This document shows positions 19,012-29,199 of a stretch of 64,000 nucleotides of DNA, piece by piece (the first letter of the stretch is position 1; every line of letters begins with the position of its first letter). A model generated the notes under the pieces. It was given only the letters and a program-made list of their open reading frames with translations. It was not told the DNA's origin and made no database searches. The position numbers and the translations under genes are program-made. Source of the DNA: Candidatus Methylomirabilis sp. (lineage in GTDB: Bacteria > Methylomirabilota > Methylomirabilia > Methylomirabilales > Methylomirabilaceae); the NCBI GenBank assembly GCA_041498975.1, contig JBGQJI010000001.1:14197-78196 (forward strand), in the 5' to 3' direction.

Positions 19012-19911
19012 TTATTTGTAGAATTCGGCCCGATCGCCGCTGGCCACCTGGATGATTTCTTTCATGGCCCCGCGCTTGACCGTGAAAACGACCCGCTCGC
19101 CGGCCCGCTTTCTCCAGAGGGCGCAGTAGAGGTCCGGCCTCGTGCCAACGCTCTGGAAGTCTACCGCGAGGACGACATCGCCCTCCTTGATGCCGGAGAT
19201 GGCGGCCGGACCGTCAGGCACCAGGCCCGAGACCACGACCCCTTCTTCGGTCTGATTGGGGAAGAACCCGACCCACGCCCGGCACCGCCGGCTGACGACC
19301 TTGCCGTGCTTGAGCAGCTCGTCGCGATTCCGCTCGAACATCTCCGCCGGGATCGCCAGGGAGTATTTCGCCACCTCGCTCAGATTCAATGACACGACGC
19401 CCACCACCTGCCCCTTCAGATCGAGCAACGGCCCGCCGCCGAAGCCCGGATTGAAGACGCTCGTCTTAATGCAACGATCCAGCATGTATTCCCAGTATGC
19501 ATCAAAGTCGCCCAGATAGGTCACGTGTCCGCCGGCGACTCTGCGGTCACTCTCCGAGCTGCTGGCCATGATGAAGACCGGCTGGCCAAGGCTGAGCTGC
19601 TGCGACGATCCCAGCGGCAAAGCCGGGAGCCTCGACCCGCTGATTTTGACGAGGGCAAGGCCGGTGTCGAAATCCTGGGCGGCGATGCTCCCGCGAAGCG
19701 ACCGCCCATCCGGGAGGCTCACCCGGATGGACCTGGCGCCCAGTACGACGTAGTTGACGGTGAGGATGTAGCCGCGTGGATCGATGAGGGACCCTGATCC
19801 CATCCGTTCATCGCCCAGGGCCAGGCACGATGGGTGGTTGGCAACGACCTCGACGTGCAAGTTCACAACCGCTGGAAGAACGCGCTTGACCAACTCACAG
19901 GAAGCGTCCAC
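19012..19911 (-). CDS. HtrA/S1C-like trypsin plus PDZ protein with degenerate catalytic triad
   Basis: GSGSLID..GYILTVNYVV, D.DTGLALVK, NPGFGGGPL, C-terminal PDZ (PAA..GIKEGDV). Confidence 0.85.
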   Translation of the reverse strand: MDASCELVKRVLPAVVNLHVEVVANHPSCLALGDERMGSGSLIDPRGYILTVNYVVLGARSIRVSLPDGRSLRGSIAAQDFDTGLALVKISGSRLPALPLGSSQQLSLGQPVFIMASSSESDRRVAGGHVTYLGDFDAYWEYMLDRCIKTSVFNPGFGGGPLLDLKGQVVGVVSLNLSEVAKYSLAIPAEMFERNRDELLKHGKVVSRRCRAWVGFFPNQTEEGVVVSGLVPDGPAAISGIKEGDVVLAVDFQSVGTRPDLYCALWRKRAGERVVFTVKRGAMKEIIQVASGDRAEFYK

Positions 19912-20054
19912 CGGATCGCTCCTTTCACGACTCGTTCATCGGCGTCGGCTGCTTCACCGCATCACAGGGGGAATTATACCCGGTCCGAATTGCTATAACA
20001 ATGGCTGAGTCCAATCCGAGAATGGGGTTAGACGATCTACCCCTTCAACTTCCC

Positions 20055-20244
20055 GTCATTGCGGGCACCCGGAGGGTGTGCGGCAATCCGGCACGAAGTG
20101 TCGTTGCGAGGCGCAGCCCCCTCGGCAGTGCTCGGAGCAGGCTGCGCAATCCATCCGAGATTCCTCGCGCAGTTTACACTGAGCGCAGCGAATGTGCTCG
20201 ACGTGACCTTCCAGGTCAGATTGCTTCACTTGGCTCGCAATGAC
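20055..20244. repeat. REP/BIME-like element bounded by GTCATTGCG...CGCAATGAC
   Basis: Terminal 9-bp inverted repeat; internal GCAATC/GATTGC; shares a ~43-bp core with 18436-18478. Confidence 0.7.
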
Positions 20245-20331
20245 AATTGCCATCTCTGTCCCTGAATCGAATACAATAAGGTGAGCCGCGCAAAGATCGA
20301 GGGTCGCTTGAGGGGATGATCGGTTTCCGAT

Positions 20332-21003
20332 ATGATGACCCGTATGATCACCAACCGGCAGATCGGCATGGTGCTCCGGCTTGTGCGTCAGACGATCAGG
20401 GCCTGGGAGCCCGCCGCCCTCGGGAAGATCGCCGAAGAGTCGCAGGATCCCTTCCGGATCCTCATTTCCTGCATCCTGAGTCAACAGACCAAGGACGAAG
20501 TGACGGAGGCGGCCTCGGCACGACTGTATCGACTCGCCGATCGTCCTGACACGATGCTCGCGCTCAGCGAGCGCCGGATCGCCAGGGCGATCTACCCGGT
20601 CAGCTTCTACAGGACCAAGGCCAGGACCATCCCCGAGGTCTGCCGGGCCCTCCTTGTCCGATTTGGCGGGCGCGTGCCGGACAGCCTCGAGGAGCTGCTC
20701 AGTCTTCATGGCGTCGGCCGGAAGACCGCGAACCTCGTTGTGACGGTCGGCTACCGCAAGGCCGGGATCTGCGTCGATACGCATGTCCACCGCATCTCTA
20801 ACCGGTGGGGCTACGTCAAAACCAAAACGCCCGAGCAGACCGAGATGGCCCTTCGGCAATACCTTCCGAGGCGGCATTGGATCTACTACAACGACCTCCT
20901 GGTCCCGTTCGGCCAGCACCTTTGCCGGCCGATCTCCCCCATCTGCAGCCGCTGTCCCATCGAACGCTGGTGCGCCAAGGTCGGCGTCACCATCCACCGA
21001 TAA
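20332..21003 (+). CDS. nth: Endonuclease III
   Basis: ILSQQTKD, HhH L.GVGRKTAN, VDTHV.RI, C-x6-C-x2-C-x5-C Fe-S motif. Confidence 0.93.
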   Translation: MMTRMITNRQIGMVLRLVRQTIRAWEPAALGKIAEESQDPFRILISCILSQQTKDEVTEAASARLYRLADRPDTMLALSERRIARAIYPVSFYRTKARTIPEVCRALLVRFGGRVPDSLEELLSLHGVGRKTANLVVTVGYRKAGICVDTHVHRISNRWGYVKTKTPEQTEMALRQYLPRRHWIYYNDLLVPFGQHLCRPISPICSRCPIERWCAKVGVTIHR

Positions 21004-21215
21004 CACGAGCTGGGCAGGAAGTGATTGGTGGACACGGCCGAGAGACTGCAGGGCCCGTCTCGCCCAAGGACGGCGCAGCAAGCAGCGCCCCCACAACCCA
21101 TACCCGAAACCTGCAATCCGCATTCAGCGGGATTGCTTCGCGTTGCTTTCAGTGAGACGGTTCCCGATAAGCTGGAACCAGCCTGCCAAACTTTGGTTCT
21201 CAGCCGATCTATACC

Positions 21216-22334
21216 TCAGAGCGGCTGGCGGAAGGGCTCGGTGTAGCCGGTCATCTCAAGGTACCCCGCCCCTGCGATCGGCCGGTCACCGGACGTCCCC
21301 GAGACCTCCACCGACCCCTCCCAGTAAATGACCTGTGTGCTGCCCTGTGTGTCCAGCTCCTGATCAGAGAATGCGGCCTGCACCGTGAGGTCGATCCGGC
21401 GGCCGGGAACCTGGACCCGCCAGCGGATCGGATATCGGCCGCGGGTCTTCGGGCTTTGCCACACCTCCTGCGGCTCCAATCGGAAAGCGCTGAGCTGCAA
21501 ATGCTCGACCCGCCCGTCCGGATGGATCAGGCTGCCGCTCGAATGCGGATCAGGAAGACCATTCGCCTGGCGGAGCTGGTAGAGCATCAGCTCGGCTCCG
21601 TCATCAAGTTGCAACGCGAACCAATCCCATCCGACCTGAGAGGCCGTCAGTTGGTTGCTCCCGAACTCGTGATCCATCCAGCTTGATCCGGTCACCTTCT
21701 GCCGCTTGCCGGAGACGGTGAGCGTACCCTGGGTGGCCAGCCTGCTAAGAGAATAGTAGTGGGAGGCGCGGCCCAACCCTTCGGCCTTTTGGCTCACGCC
21801 GTCCCGACCATGAATCGCGGGCAGCTTGGTCGGAGTGAGGGTAAGGTCGATCGCATGCCCCTCGACGCTCGCGCTCAGGTGATGTGCGCGGCCATCTCCC
21901 CTGGCCGCCCACGCGCCGTTCCAGACCTTGAGCACCTCTGCCGAGGCGCCGGCCGAGCCCAAGGCGCCGCGGCTGCGGCGGTCCCAGTACAGGAGGCGGC
22001 GTTGATGCAGGTCCGAGATGGCGAAGTGCGCGAGGTAAAGATCGCGCACTGCCCAGCGAGACCGGCTATCACCCCGCAGGGAGGGATCGACGCCGACACG
22101 GAAGAAGGTGAGCTGGTAGCCAAAGGGCAGTCCGGCCTCGGTCCGAAGGTGGCCAGAATAGTACCACCATTCCGTCTTGAAACCCGGGTGCGAGGCGTGG
22201 TCCCGAGGAAACGCAAATCGATATCCAGGAAGCGCCTGCCGGAAGCCCTCTCGAGCCAGGGTTGAACCGGCAGCCAGAAGGCACAGGAACACGGACATCG
22301 GAATTTTCAACCATTGAATCCCAGGGGTTCTCAT
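21216..22334 (-). CDS. AttH/CrtC-like secreted lipocalin-domain protein
   Basis: Signal peptide; FPRDH..H..F.TEWWY, ASHYYS, WMDHEF, GWDWF, YWEG, GYLEMTGY. Confidence 0.88.
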   Translation of the reverse strand: MRTPGIQWLKIPMSVFLCLLAAGSTLAREGFRQALPGYRFAFPRDHASHPGFKTEWWYYSGHLRTEAGLPFGYQLTFFRVGVDPSLRGDSRSRWAVRDLYLAHFAISDLHQRRLLYWDRRSRGALGSAGASAEVLKVWNGAWAARGDGRAHHLSASVEGHAIDLTLTPTKLPAIHGRDGVSQKAEGLGRASHYYSLSRLATQGTLTVSGKRQKVTGSSWMDHEFGSNQLTASQVGWDWFALQLDDGAELMLYQLRQANGLPDPHSSGSLIHPDGRVEHLQLSAFRLEPQEVWQSPKTRGRYPIRWRVQVPGRRIDLTVQAAFSDQELDTQGSTQVIYWEGSVEVSGTSGDRPIAGAGYLEMTGYTEPFRQPL

Positions 22335-22350
22335 CGCAGCCGTCTGTCAG

Positions 22351-24915
22351 CTACCCTTCGTATGCCACTGCTGTCGGGATGTCCAGCCTGGCCGCTCGCT
22401 TCGCCGGCAGGTACCCGGCGAGCAACGCTGCGCCGAGCGCAAGGACCGACGACTTGACCACGACCCACCAGGAGAACCGGAACTGAATGGTCCACCCGAA
22501 CGACTGCTTGTTGATGACGTGGATTAGAATGAGTGAAAGGCAGATGCCCGCTAGAAGGCCGAGGACCTCGACCATCAGGCCGAGGAGGCCGGCTTCTCCA
22601 AGGACGACGCGCGCCACCTGCGCCCTGGTCGCCCCGACCGAGCGCAGCATGCCGATCTCCCGCTGGCGGCTGAGAACCGAGGCCCACAGGACATTGAAGA
22701 CCCCGAGGACGGCAACCAGCACCGCGATCAGCTCCAAGGCGCGCGCCACGATGAAGGTGTTGTCAAAGATCTCGAGCACCTTGGCCTTCAGCGCCCGGTT
22801 CGAGCTGATCACGATCGCCGCATCCTGGCCTGCTAGCGCTGCCAGCCGACCGCGCACCGCCGCCTCGTCGGCTCCCGGCGCGAGATAGACCGCCAGGAGA
22901 TCGGCCCCTCGGTCGCCCCACATCCTCGTCCACAGCGTCCGATCCATCACCACCTTGCCCCCGTCGGTCGCATAATCATAGAAGACCCCTGCGATCGGCA
23001 GTTCGACCCGACCGGTTGGAGTATCAAGGGGGAGTCGGTCACTCTCCTTCAGCCCTCGGGCCAGCGCCAGACTCTCCGAGATGATCACGCCCCTCCTGAT
23101 CTTTGCATCACGGAGGATCCTCGCTGATTCTCCCGCCCTGAACAGGAGGTGCCCATGTCGCGCAACAACCTCAAAGTCCCCGGCCGCGAGCAGCGCATCC
23201 TGCCCGAGCAGCTCGACCCGACGACCGGTGAAGGGATCGAGGGCGGCGATCCCTTCGATGCGAGAAGCTCCTTCGACCAAGCCCTCCGGGAGCCGGGCCC
23301 CGCTCCCTCTCGCGAACCGCGCCGCCGGTGAAACGATCAGGTCGGCCCGGATCGTCTGCTCCACCCACAGCTCCACCGTCCGCCGGAAACTCCCGATCAT
23401 GAGGGTGAGGCCGACCAGCATCGCGATCGCGGTCATCATCGCAGCGACGGCGATCGCATTGCGCCCCACCTGAGACGAGAGGTTCCCGGAGGCGAGCTGC
23501 AGCAGTGGGGCCCGCCTGCCCCCGCACAGCGAATGCAGACCTTCCCCTGCCCAGCGAAGGAGCTGGGGAGTGAAACAGGCGACCCCAAAGATGAGGCAGG
23601 CCAGGGAGAGATAGCCGAAGAGAGGAGCACCATCGATGGGGCCAGGCCTGGTGAAGAGGAATGAGGCACCCAGAAGCAGGAGGCCAAGGAGCAGAGAGGG
23701 GAGCGAGCGGCCGATCCAGCCTCTTTCATAGAAGCCGAGATGCATCGCCTCATGCGGCCCGATCCGGCTCGCCGCATAGGCCGGGGCCAGAGAAGCGAGG
23801 AGCGCGCCGGCAGTGCCCAGGCCGATCGCCAACGCTGCGAGACCTGGGGTGACCTCGATCCCTTCCACCCGGAGGTAGGCGTAGAGAGCTGACACCGTCT
23901 GCGAGAGGGTGCGCAGGAGCGCCCGGCCAAGGAGCAGCCCACCGCCAAGCCCTAGAAGCGATCCCACGAGCCCCAGCCCAGCTCCTTCCGCGGCGAAGAG
24001 AGCGGCCACGCCCGACCGCGTGACACCGAGGGAACGGAGGATCCCGATCTGACGCCGCCGCTGAAGGACCGAAAGGGAGACCGCGTTGTACACCAGAAAG
24101 AGCCCGACCAGCAGGGCGATCGCGCTCAAGGCTGTCAGGTTCAGACGGAACGCCCTGAGCATCCTCTCGACCTGCTGGCTCCGCCGGGTCGGCCTCTCGA
24201 TGGTCACATGCTTGGGGAGGAGCTTGGCAAGGCGCCCGCGGACCTCGTCAAGTGGGAGGTGTTCTCGGGTCACCAAGTCGATCCGGTCCAGTCGCCCGAG
24301 CTTATCCAAGACCACCTGGGCAGTGGCGATATCCAGGACCGCCAGGTTTCCGTCGAACGCGCGAGCAGGCCCCTGCGGGGCCAGGAGCCCCTTGACGACA
24401 AAGCGCCGCCGTTTTGACCCGAGCACCAGGATAAGGTCGGAGCCTCTCTGCAGTCCGTTCTGCCTGGCAAACTCGGCCGTGACGAAGATCGCGTCGGGGC
24501 TGAGAAGCTCCTCGATCCTCGGCGCCCGCCCGCCATCGGCCATCCGGTATTCGCGAAATGGATCTTCAGCGAACAGATCGACGCCAAGGAGGAGAAGGGC
24601 TTCCGCAGGCCGGTCTGCGATGGGGGCAACCGCCTGAACGATCGGGGCGGCCGCGATGACCCCCTCCACGTGTTGCACCGCAGGAAGGAGTCGCTCGTCT
24701 ATCCCCAGCTCTCCGGCCGAGATCTGGAGAGTGGTTCGTCCCGCCACCACATCGATGGCCCGCTGGAAGGAGCGGAGGACGCTCTCGTTGGCCGCCTGGA
24801 TCGCCGTGAAGGCGGCGACACCGATGGCGACGCCCGCCACCGTCACGAGCACCCTGACCGGGCTCGTCCGAAGGTTTCGGACGGTGGTCAGCCGGATGAC
24901 GCTCCAGGTCCGCAT
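22351..24915 (-). CDS. ABC transporter permease, duplicated MacB/FtsX type (AttF/G-like)
   Basis: Two FtsX repeats (RRRQIGILRSLG; REIGMLRSVGA), INKQSFGW. Confidence 0.9.
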   Translation of the reverse strand: MRTWSVIRLTTVRNLRTSPVRVLVTVAGVAIGVAAFTAIQAANESVLRSFQRAIDVVAGRTTLQISAGELGIDERLLPAVQHVEGVIAAAPIVQAVAPIADRPAEALLLLGVDLFAEDPFREYRMADGGRAPRIEELLSPDAIFVTAEFARQNGLQRGSDLILVLGSKRRRFVVKGLLAPQGPARAFDGNLAVLDIATAQVVLDKLGRLDRIDLVTREHLPLDEVRGRLAKLLPKHVTIERPTRRSQQVERMLRAFRLNLTALSAIALLVGLFLVYNAVSLSVLQRRRQIGILRSLGVTRSGVAALFAAEGAGLGLVGSLLGLGGGLLLGRALLRTLSQTVSALYAYLRVEGIEVTPGLAALAIGLGTAGALLASLAPAYAASRIGPHEAMHLGFYERGWIGRSLPSLLLGLLLLGASFLFTRPGPIDGAPLFGYLSLACLIFGVACFTPQLLRWAGEGLHSLCGGRRAPLLQLASGNLSSQVGRNAIAVAAMMTAIAMLVGLTLMIGSFRRTVELWVEQTIRADLIVSPAARFARGSGARLPEGLVEGASRIEGIAALDPFTGRRVELLGQDALLAAGDFEVVARHGHLLFRAGESARILRDAKIRRGVIISESLALARGLKESDRLPLDTPTGRVELPIAGVFYDYATDGGKVVMDRTLWTRMWGDRGADLLAVYLAPGADEAAVRGRLAALAGQDAAIVISSNRALKAKVLEIFDNTFIVARALELIAVLVAVLGVFNVLWASVLSRQREIGMLRSVGATRAQVARVVLGEAGLLGLMVEVLGLLAGICLSLILIHVINKQSFGWTIQFRFSWWVVVKSSVLALGAALLAGYLPAKRAARLDIPTAVAYEG

Positions 24916-24917
24916 GG

Positions 24918-25595
<678 letters not shown>

Positions 25596-25622
25596 TCGCT
25601 CTCCCGGGAAACGATGCGGCAC

Positions 25623-25650
25623 ATTATACGTGAGGCTTCAGCGAAGTCAA
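25623..25650 (-). promoter_or_regulatory. Sigma70 promoter of the ABC/AttH operon (divergent from tldD)
   Basis: Minus-strand TTGACT-N16-TATAAT; a plus-strand TATAAT at 25711-25716 likely serves tldD. Confidence 0.65.
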
Positions 25651-25769
25651 CGCGCGCGCCCGCGAGAACCCTCCTGGAAAACTCCCTTTCCTCTCCCTCC
25701 CCTGCTAGAGTATAATGATTGCCTCTTATCTCTTCAAACGAACTCGACCCCTGAGAGGGAGATGGCCCG

Positions 25770-27341
25770 ATGCTGATACAGCCGATCACGGTGGAGATCA
25801 TCGATCAAATCAAGCCGATGATCTTCGATCTCGCCACCCGTTACCGGAAGACCCTGCGCGGCTGCCGCTATGCCGACATCCGCGTGGAGGTGGACGAGGG
25901 ACAGTCCGCCGCGGCGGAGAACGGAGGGAGCAAGCATAGCAGCAAGGACTATGATTTTGCAGTCGGCATCCGCGCCCTGTCTGGCGACGACATGGTGGCG
26001 CCGGGCTATTTCGGACAATCGCTCGGGACAGCCGACCTGAGTCGGCTGGAACAGGTCGTGAAGGAAGGCCTCCGCCATGCGCACCACCGGGCCCGGGCCA
26101 ATGCGGAACGAAAGGGAGCGATCAAGGGAGAGTTCGGCCCGCTGGCCGATGCCCTGACCAGCACAAGCCTTGCCCCCATCGAGATCCATCAGGACGTCGT
26201 CCCGGCCGTCTTCGCGATCGACCCACGTTCCGTTCCTTTGGAAGAGCTGGTCGCTCTCACAGCCGAGACCTCCCGGAGCTGCCTGGAGCTCGACTCCCGC
26301 GTCAAGTATACGTTCGTCTCGGCCTTCACGCTCTTGAGCCGGGAGTTGCTCTGCAGCTCCGAGGGCGCCAACATCGACCAGGGCTTTGCCCTGACTCAGG
26401 GGACCTGCTTCGTCGTCGCGGATGGCAAATCGGGCGCGCAGGAGTTGTACGATTACATGGGACATCAGCGCGGATGGGAGGTGGTCACCCGGGGAGTCCA
26501 AGAGGAGTTCATGCGTTTTCCGGATTTTCGGACCTTCTGCGCGCACCTCACGAAGGACGCCGTCAGCCTGTGCAGCGCCCGCCCGCTCAAGGCCACGGAG
26601 AACGAGGTCGTGGTCGTGACCGACCCCCACTACAACACGCTGAAGGTCCACGAGATCGTCGGCCACCCGACCGAGCTGGACCGCGCCCTGAAGATGGAGG
26701 CCGGCTACGCGGGCCGGAGCTGGCTCCTTGGGAACCTGAACGAAACCCAAGTTGGCAAGATGATCGCCTCACCCCTGGTCTCGGCATTCTCCGACCCATC
26801 CCTTCCTGGGTATGGCCACTACACCTATGACCACGAAGGCACCCCGGGGAGAAGGGTGATGCATATCGACCATGGGGTCTTCGCAGGCTTCATGAACAGT
26901 CGCCAGACCGCGGCGGTCCTTGGCGCCCCACCGAACGGCTCCTACAAGGCGGCTGACGCCTCGCTGGTCCCGCTGATCAGGATGTCGAACACCGTGTTCG
27001 CCCCTGGCGATCAGGACCCGCAGGAAATCATCCGGGAGGTGGCGCACGGCTATTACCTTGTGGGGCATCGGACCCCATCCATCGCCGAATCCAGAGAAAA
27101 CTTCCGGATCTCCGCCATGAAGGTCTACGAGATCAACCAGGGTCAGATCGGGGAGTTGTTCTGCAACGGCGGGATCATGGCCGATACCAAGGACTACCTG
27201 ATGAAAGTTGATGCGGTGGGAAACGACTTCCGGCTCTACCCGATCCCCAACTGCGGCAAGGGGCAGCCGATGCAAACCAAGCGGCTCGGCAACGGCGGCC
27301 CCACCATGCGCAGCCGCGCTCGCCTCACAGGAGTTAGCTAA
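25770..27341 (+). CDS. tldD: TldD/PmbA family metalloprotease, catalytic subunit
   Basis: HEIVGHPTE.D zinc motif, D.EG, P.IRMSN, CGKGQP. Confidence 0.9.
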   Translation: MLIQPITVEIIDQIKPMIFDLATRYRKTLRGCRYADIRVEVDEGQSAAAENGGSKHSSKDYDFAVGIRALSGDDMVAPGYFGQSLGTADLSRLEQVVKEGLRHAHHRARANAERKGAIKGEFGPLADALTSTSLAPIEIHQDVVPAVFAIDPRSVPLEELVALTAETSRSCLELDSRVKYTFVSAFTLLSRELLCSSEGANIDQGFALTQGTCFVVADGKSGAQELYDYMGHQRGWEVVTRGVQEEFMRFPDFRTFCAHLTKDAVSLCSARPLKATENEVVVVTDPHYNTLKVHEIVGHPTELDRALKMEAGYAGRSWLLGNLNETQVGKMIASPLVSAFSDPSLPGYGHYTYDHEGTPGRRVMHIDHGVFAGFMNSRQTAAVLGAPPNGSYKAADASLVPLIRMSNTVFAPGDQDPQEIIREVAHGYYLVGHRTPSIAESRENFRISAMKVYEINQGQIGELFCNGGIMADTKDYLMKVDAVGNDFRLYPIPNCGKGQPMQTKRLGNGGPTMRSRARLTGVS

Positions 27342-27354
27342 AAACAGGAGCAAT

Positions 27355-27473
27355 GGCTTTCAGCCCTCAGCGGTCAGCAAGAACATGGGGAAGTGATAGG
27401 TGACTCACTACTCATCAAGATGCACCGCGCCATGTCTGTCCTTGTGTTAGCTGATTGTTAAGAGCTGAGAGCT
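27355..27473. repeat. Heptameric TCAGC-type inverted repeats between tldD and tldE
   Basis: GCTTTCA-GCCCTCA-GCGGTCA-GC ... GCTGATT-GTTAAGA-GCTGAGA-GCT; same family as 13458-13602. Confidence 0.55.
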
Positions 27474-27491
27474 TCCTAGCGGGGGACTTAT

Positions 27492-29045
27492 ATGATGACA
27501 ACCTCTGAACTGGCCAAAGCGGTTGAGCAGGCCCTCGAGTACCTGAAGTCCACCGGGCAGGTTGCCGAGGCCGAGGTGTTCGCCTCGAGCAACGCCAACC
27601 TGATCGCCCGGCTGAACTACACCTCGCACATTCCCTGCAACGGGGTAGAGGAGCCGAAATCGACCGAGTCCGCCGGCCTCGGCATCCAGGCGGTCTTCAG
27701 GACCGACGAGGGAACCAAGATCGGGTTCGGGAGCGAGCCGAGCGACCTGAGCCTGGATGGGGTAAGACGAGCCCTGGAGAAGGCCAGGCGCGGAGCTGTC
27801 GCCGACCCCGAATTCTCGTCGCTCCCGAGACCGACGGGTGAGCGGCGAAGGCTGCGTCGCTACCACGACCCGAAACTGATGAAGATCAGGGACGACGGGC
27901 TGGTCGAGGCCGGCTGGAAGGTGCTGCGCGGGGGGCTGCACACCTTCATGGCCTCGCCCCGGCTGGCCGAGCTGGCCGGCGGGCAGGAGCGGGTCAAGGA
28001 CCTGGGCCTGATCCTTGGTGGCGACGTGACGATCCTGCAGGAGCGGATCGCCATCGCCTCAAGCGCTCTGCCAGAGGTCCAGACCGATGAATCGACCCTG
28101 ATCATGTCTTTCGTCACCGCCATGGTCGAGGCCAAGGCCTCCAAGGGGACCGGCTGTACCACCGGCACACGGCTGGAGGGGTTCACCGACGAAGCCGGCG
28201 TTGAAGCCGCGCGAAACGCCATCGCGGCGATCGGCGGCGAGCGGATTAAGAGCGGCGAATACACGGTCATCTTCGAGAGACAGCCTGTGGCTGACCTCCT
28301 GAACAACATCATCCTCCCCTCCCTCACCCTCAGCGCCTTTTACAGCGACAGCTCCACCTTCATCGGGAGGCTGGGCAAGAAGGTTGCGTCCAGGCAGTTT
28401 ACCCTGTATGACCACGGCGCCCAGCGCGATCTGATGGGCAGCAAAGGGATCACGTGCGAGGGGCTGCCGACCGGCAAGACGCGGCTGATCCAGCGCGGGA
28501 AGCTGGTCGGCCTGCTCAGCAACCACTACGAACAGCAGCGGATCTTGAAAGACCCCAAATCCCAAGAGAAGCTGGGGGCGGACCCCGGTCGCCACATGAA
28601 GGGGATCGTCCCCCGGAACGGCTTCCGGTTCGGACCGGGAGGCGGGCGCCAGTTCAGCGCCCAACCCGGGATCGCCGCGACCAATGCGATCGTCGAAGGA
28701 GGCGAGCACAGCCTCGACGAGCTGATCGCCACGGTGAAAGACGGCCTTCTGATCGGCCGGATCTGGTACACCTACCCGATCAACGGGCTCCGGGCCGGCG
28801 ACTTCACGTGCACGGTGGTCGGCGACTCGTACATCATCAGAGATGGACGGGTCGCCGCGCCGCTGAAACCGAACACCGTCCGGATCAGCGGCAATATCCA
28901 CACCATCCTGTCGAATATCGTCGGAATCGGCAAAGAGGTGAAGGGAACGCTGGTCTGGGCCGCAGACGAGGTAATCCACGCTCCCCAGATCGCCGTCCGT
29001 GGTGTGAAGATCGACGAAATCGCCGGCTTCATGGAACACCTCTGA
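27492..29045 (+). CDS. TldE/PmbA family non-catalytic subunit
   Basis: Follows tldD; AEVF N-terminus, G.KVAS, EG.P, GDFT; no HExxxH. Confidence 0.85.
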   Translation: MMTTSELAKAVEQALEYLKSTGQVAEAEVFASSNANLIARLNYTSHIPCNGVEEPKSTESAGLGIQAVFRTDEGTKIGFGSEPSDLSLDGVRRALEKARRGAVADPEFSSLPRPTGERRRLRRYHDPKLMKIRDDGLVEAGWKVLRGGLHTFMASPRLAELAGGQERVKDLGLILGGDVTILQERIAIASSALPEVQTDESTLIMSFVTAMVEAKASKGTGCTTGTRLEGFTDEAGVEAARNAIAAIGGERIKSGEYTVIFERQPVADLLNNIILPSLTLSAFYSDSSTFIGRLGKKVASRQFTLYDHGAQRDLMGSKGITCEGLPTGKTRLIQRGKLVGLLSNHYEQQRILKDPKSQEKLGADPGRHMKGIVPRNGFRFGPGGGRQFSAQPGIAATNAIVEGGEHSLDELIATVKDGLLIGRIWYTYPINGLRAGDFTCTVVGDSYIIRDGRVAAPLKPNTVRISGNIHTILSNIVGIGKEVKGTLVWAADEVIHAPQIAVRGVKIDEIAGFMEHL

Positions 29046-29199
29046 GAGATCAAGACATGCGGCACCATGTCGCGCGAGAGAGTTGCCCTGCCGAGCGGCC
29101 GCGCCCGACGGGCCAGGCACGGGCCGTCGACCATCACCAACACTGTGATCACGAACAAGATGGAGAACGCTTAAGAAAGCTCAAAGGAAGGGAGATGTC

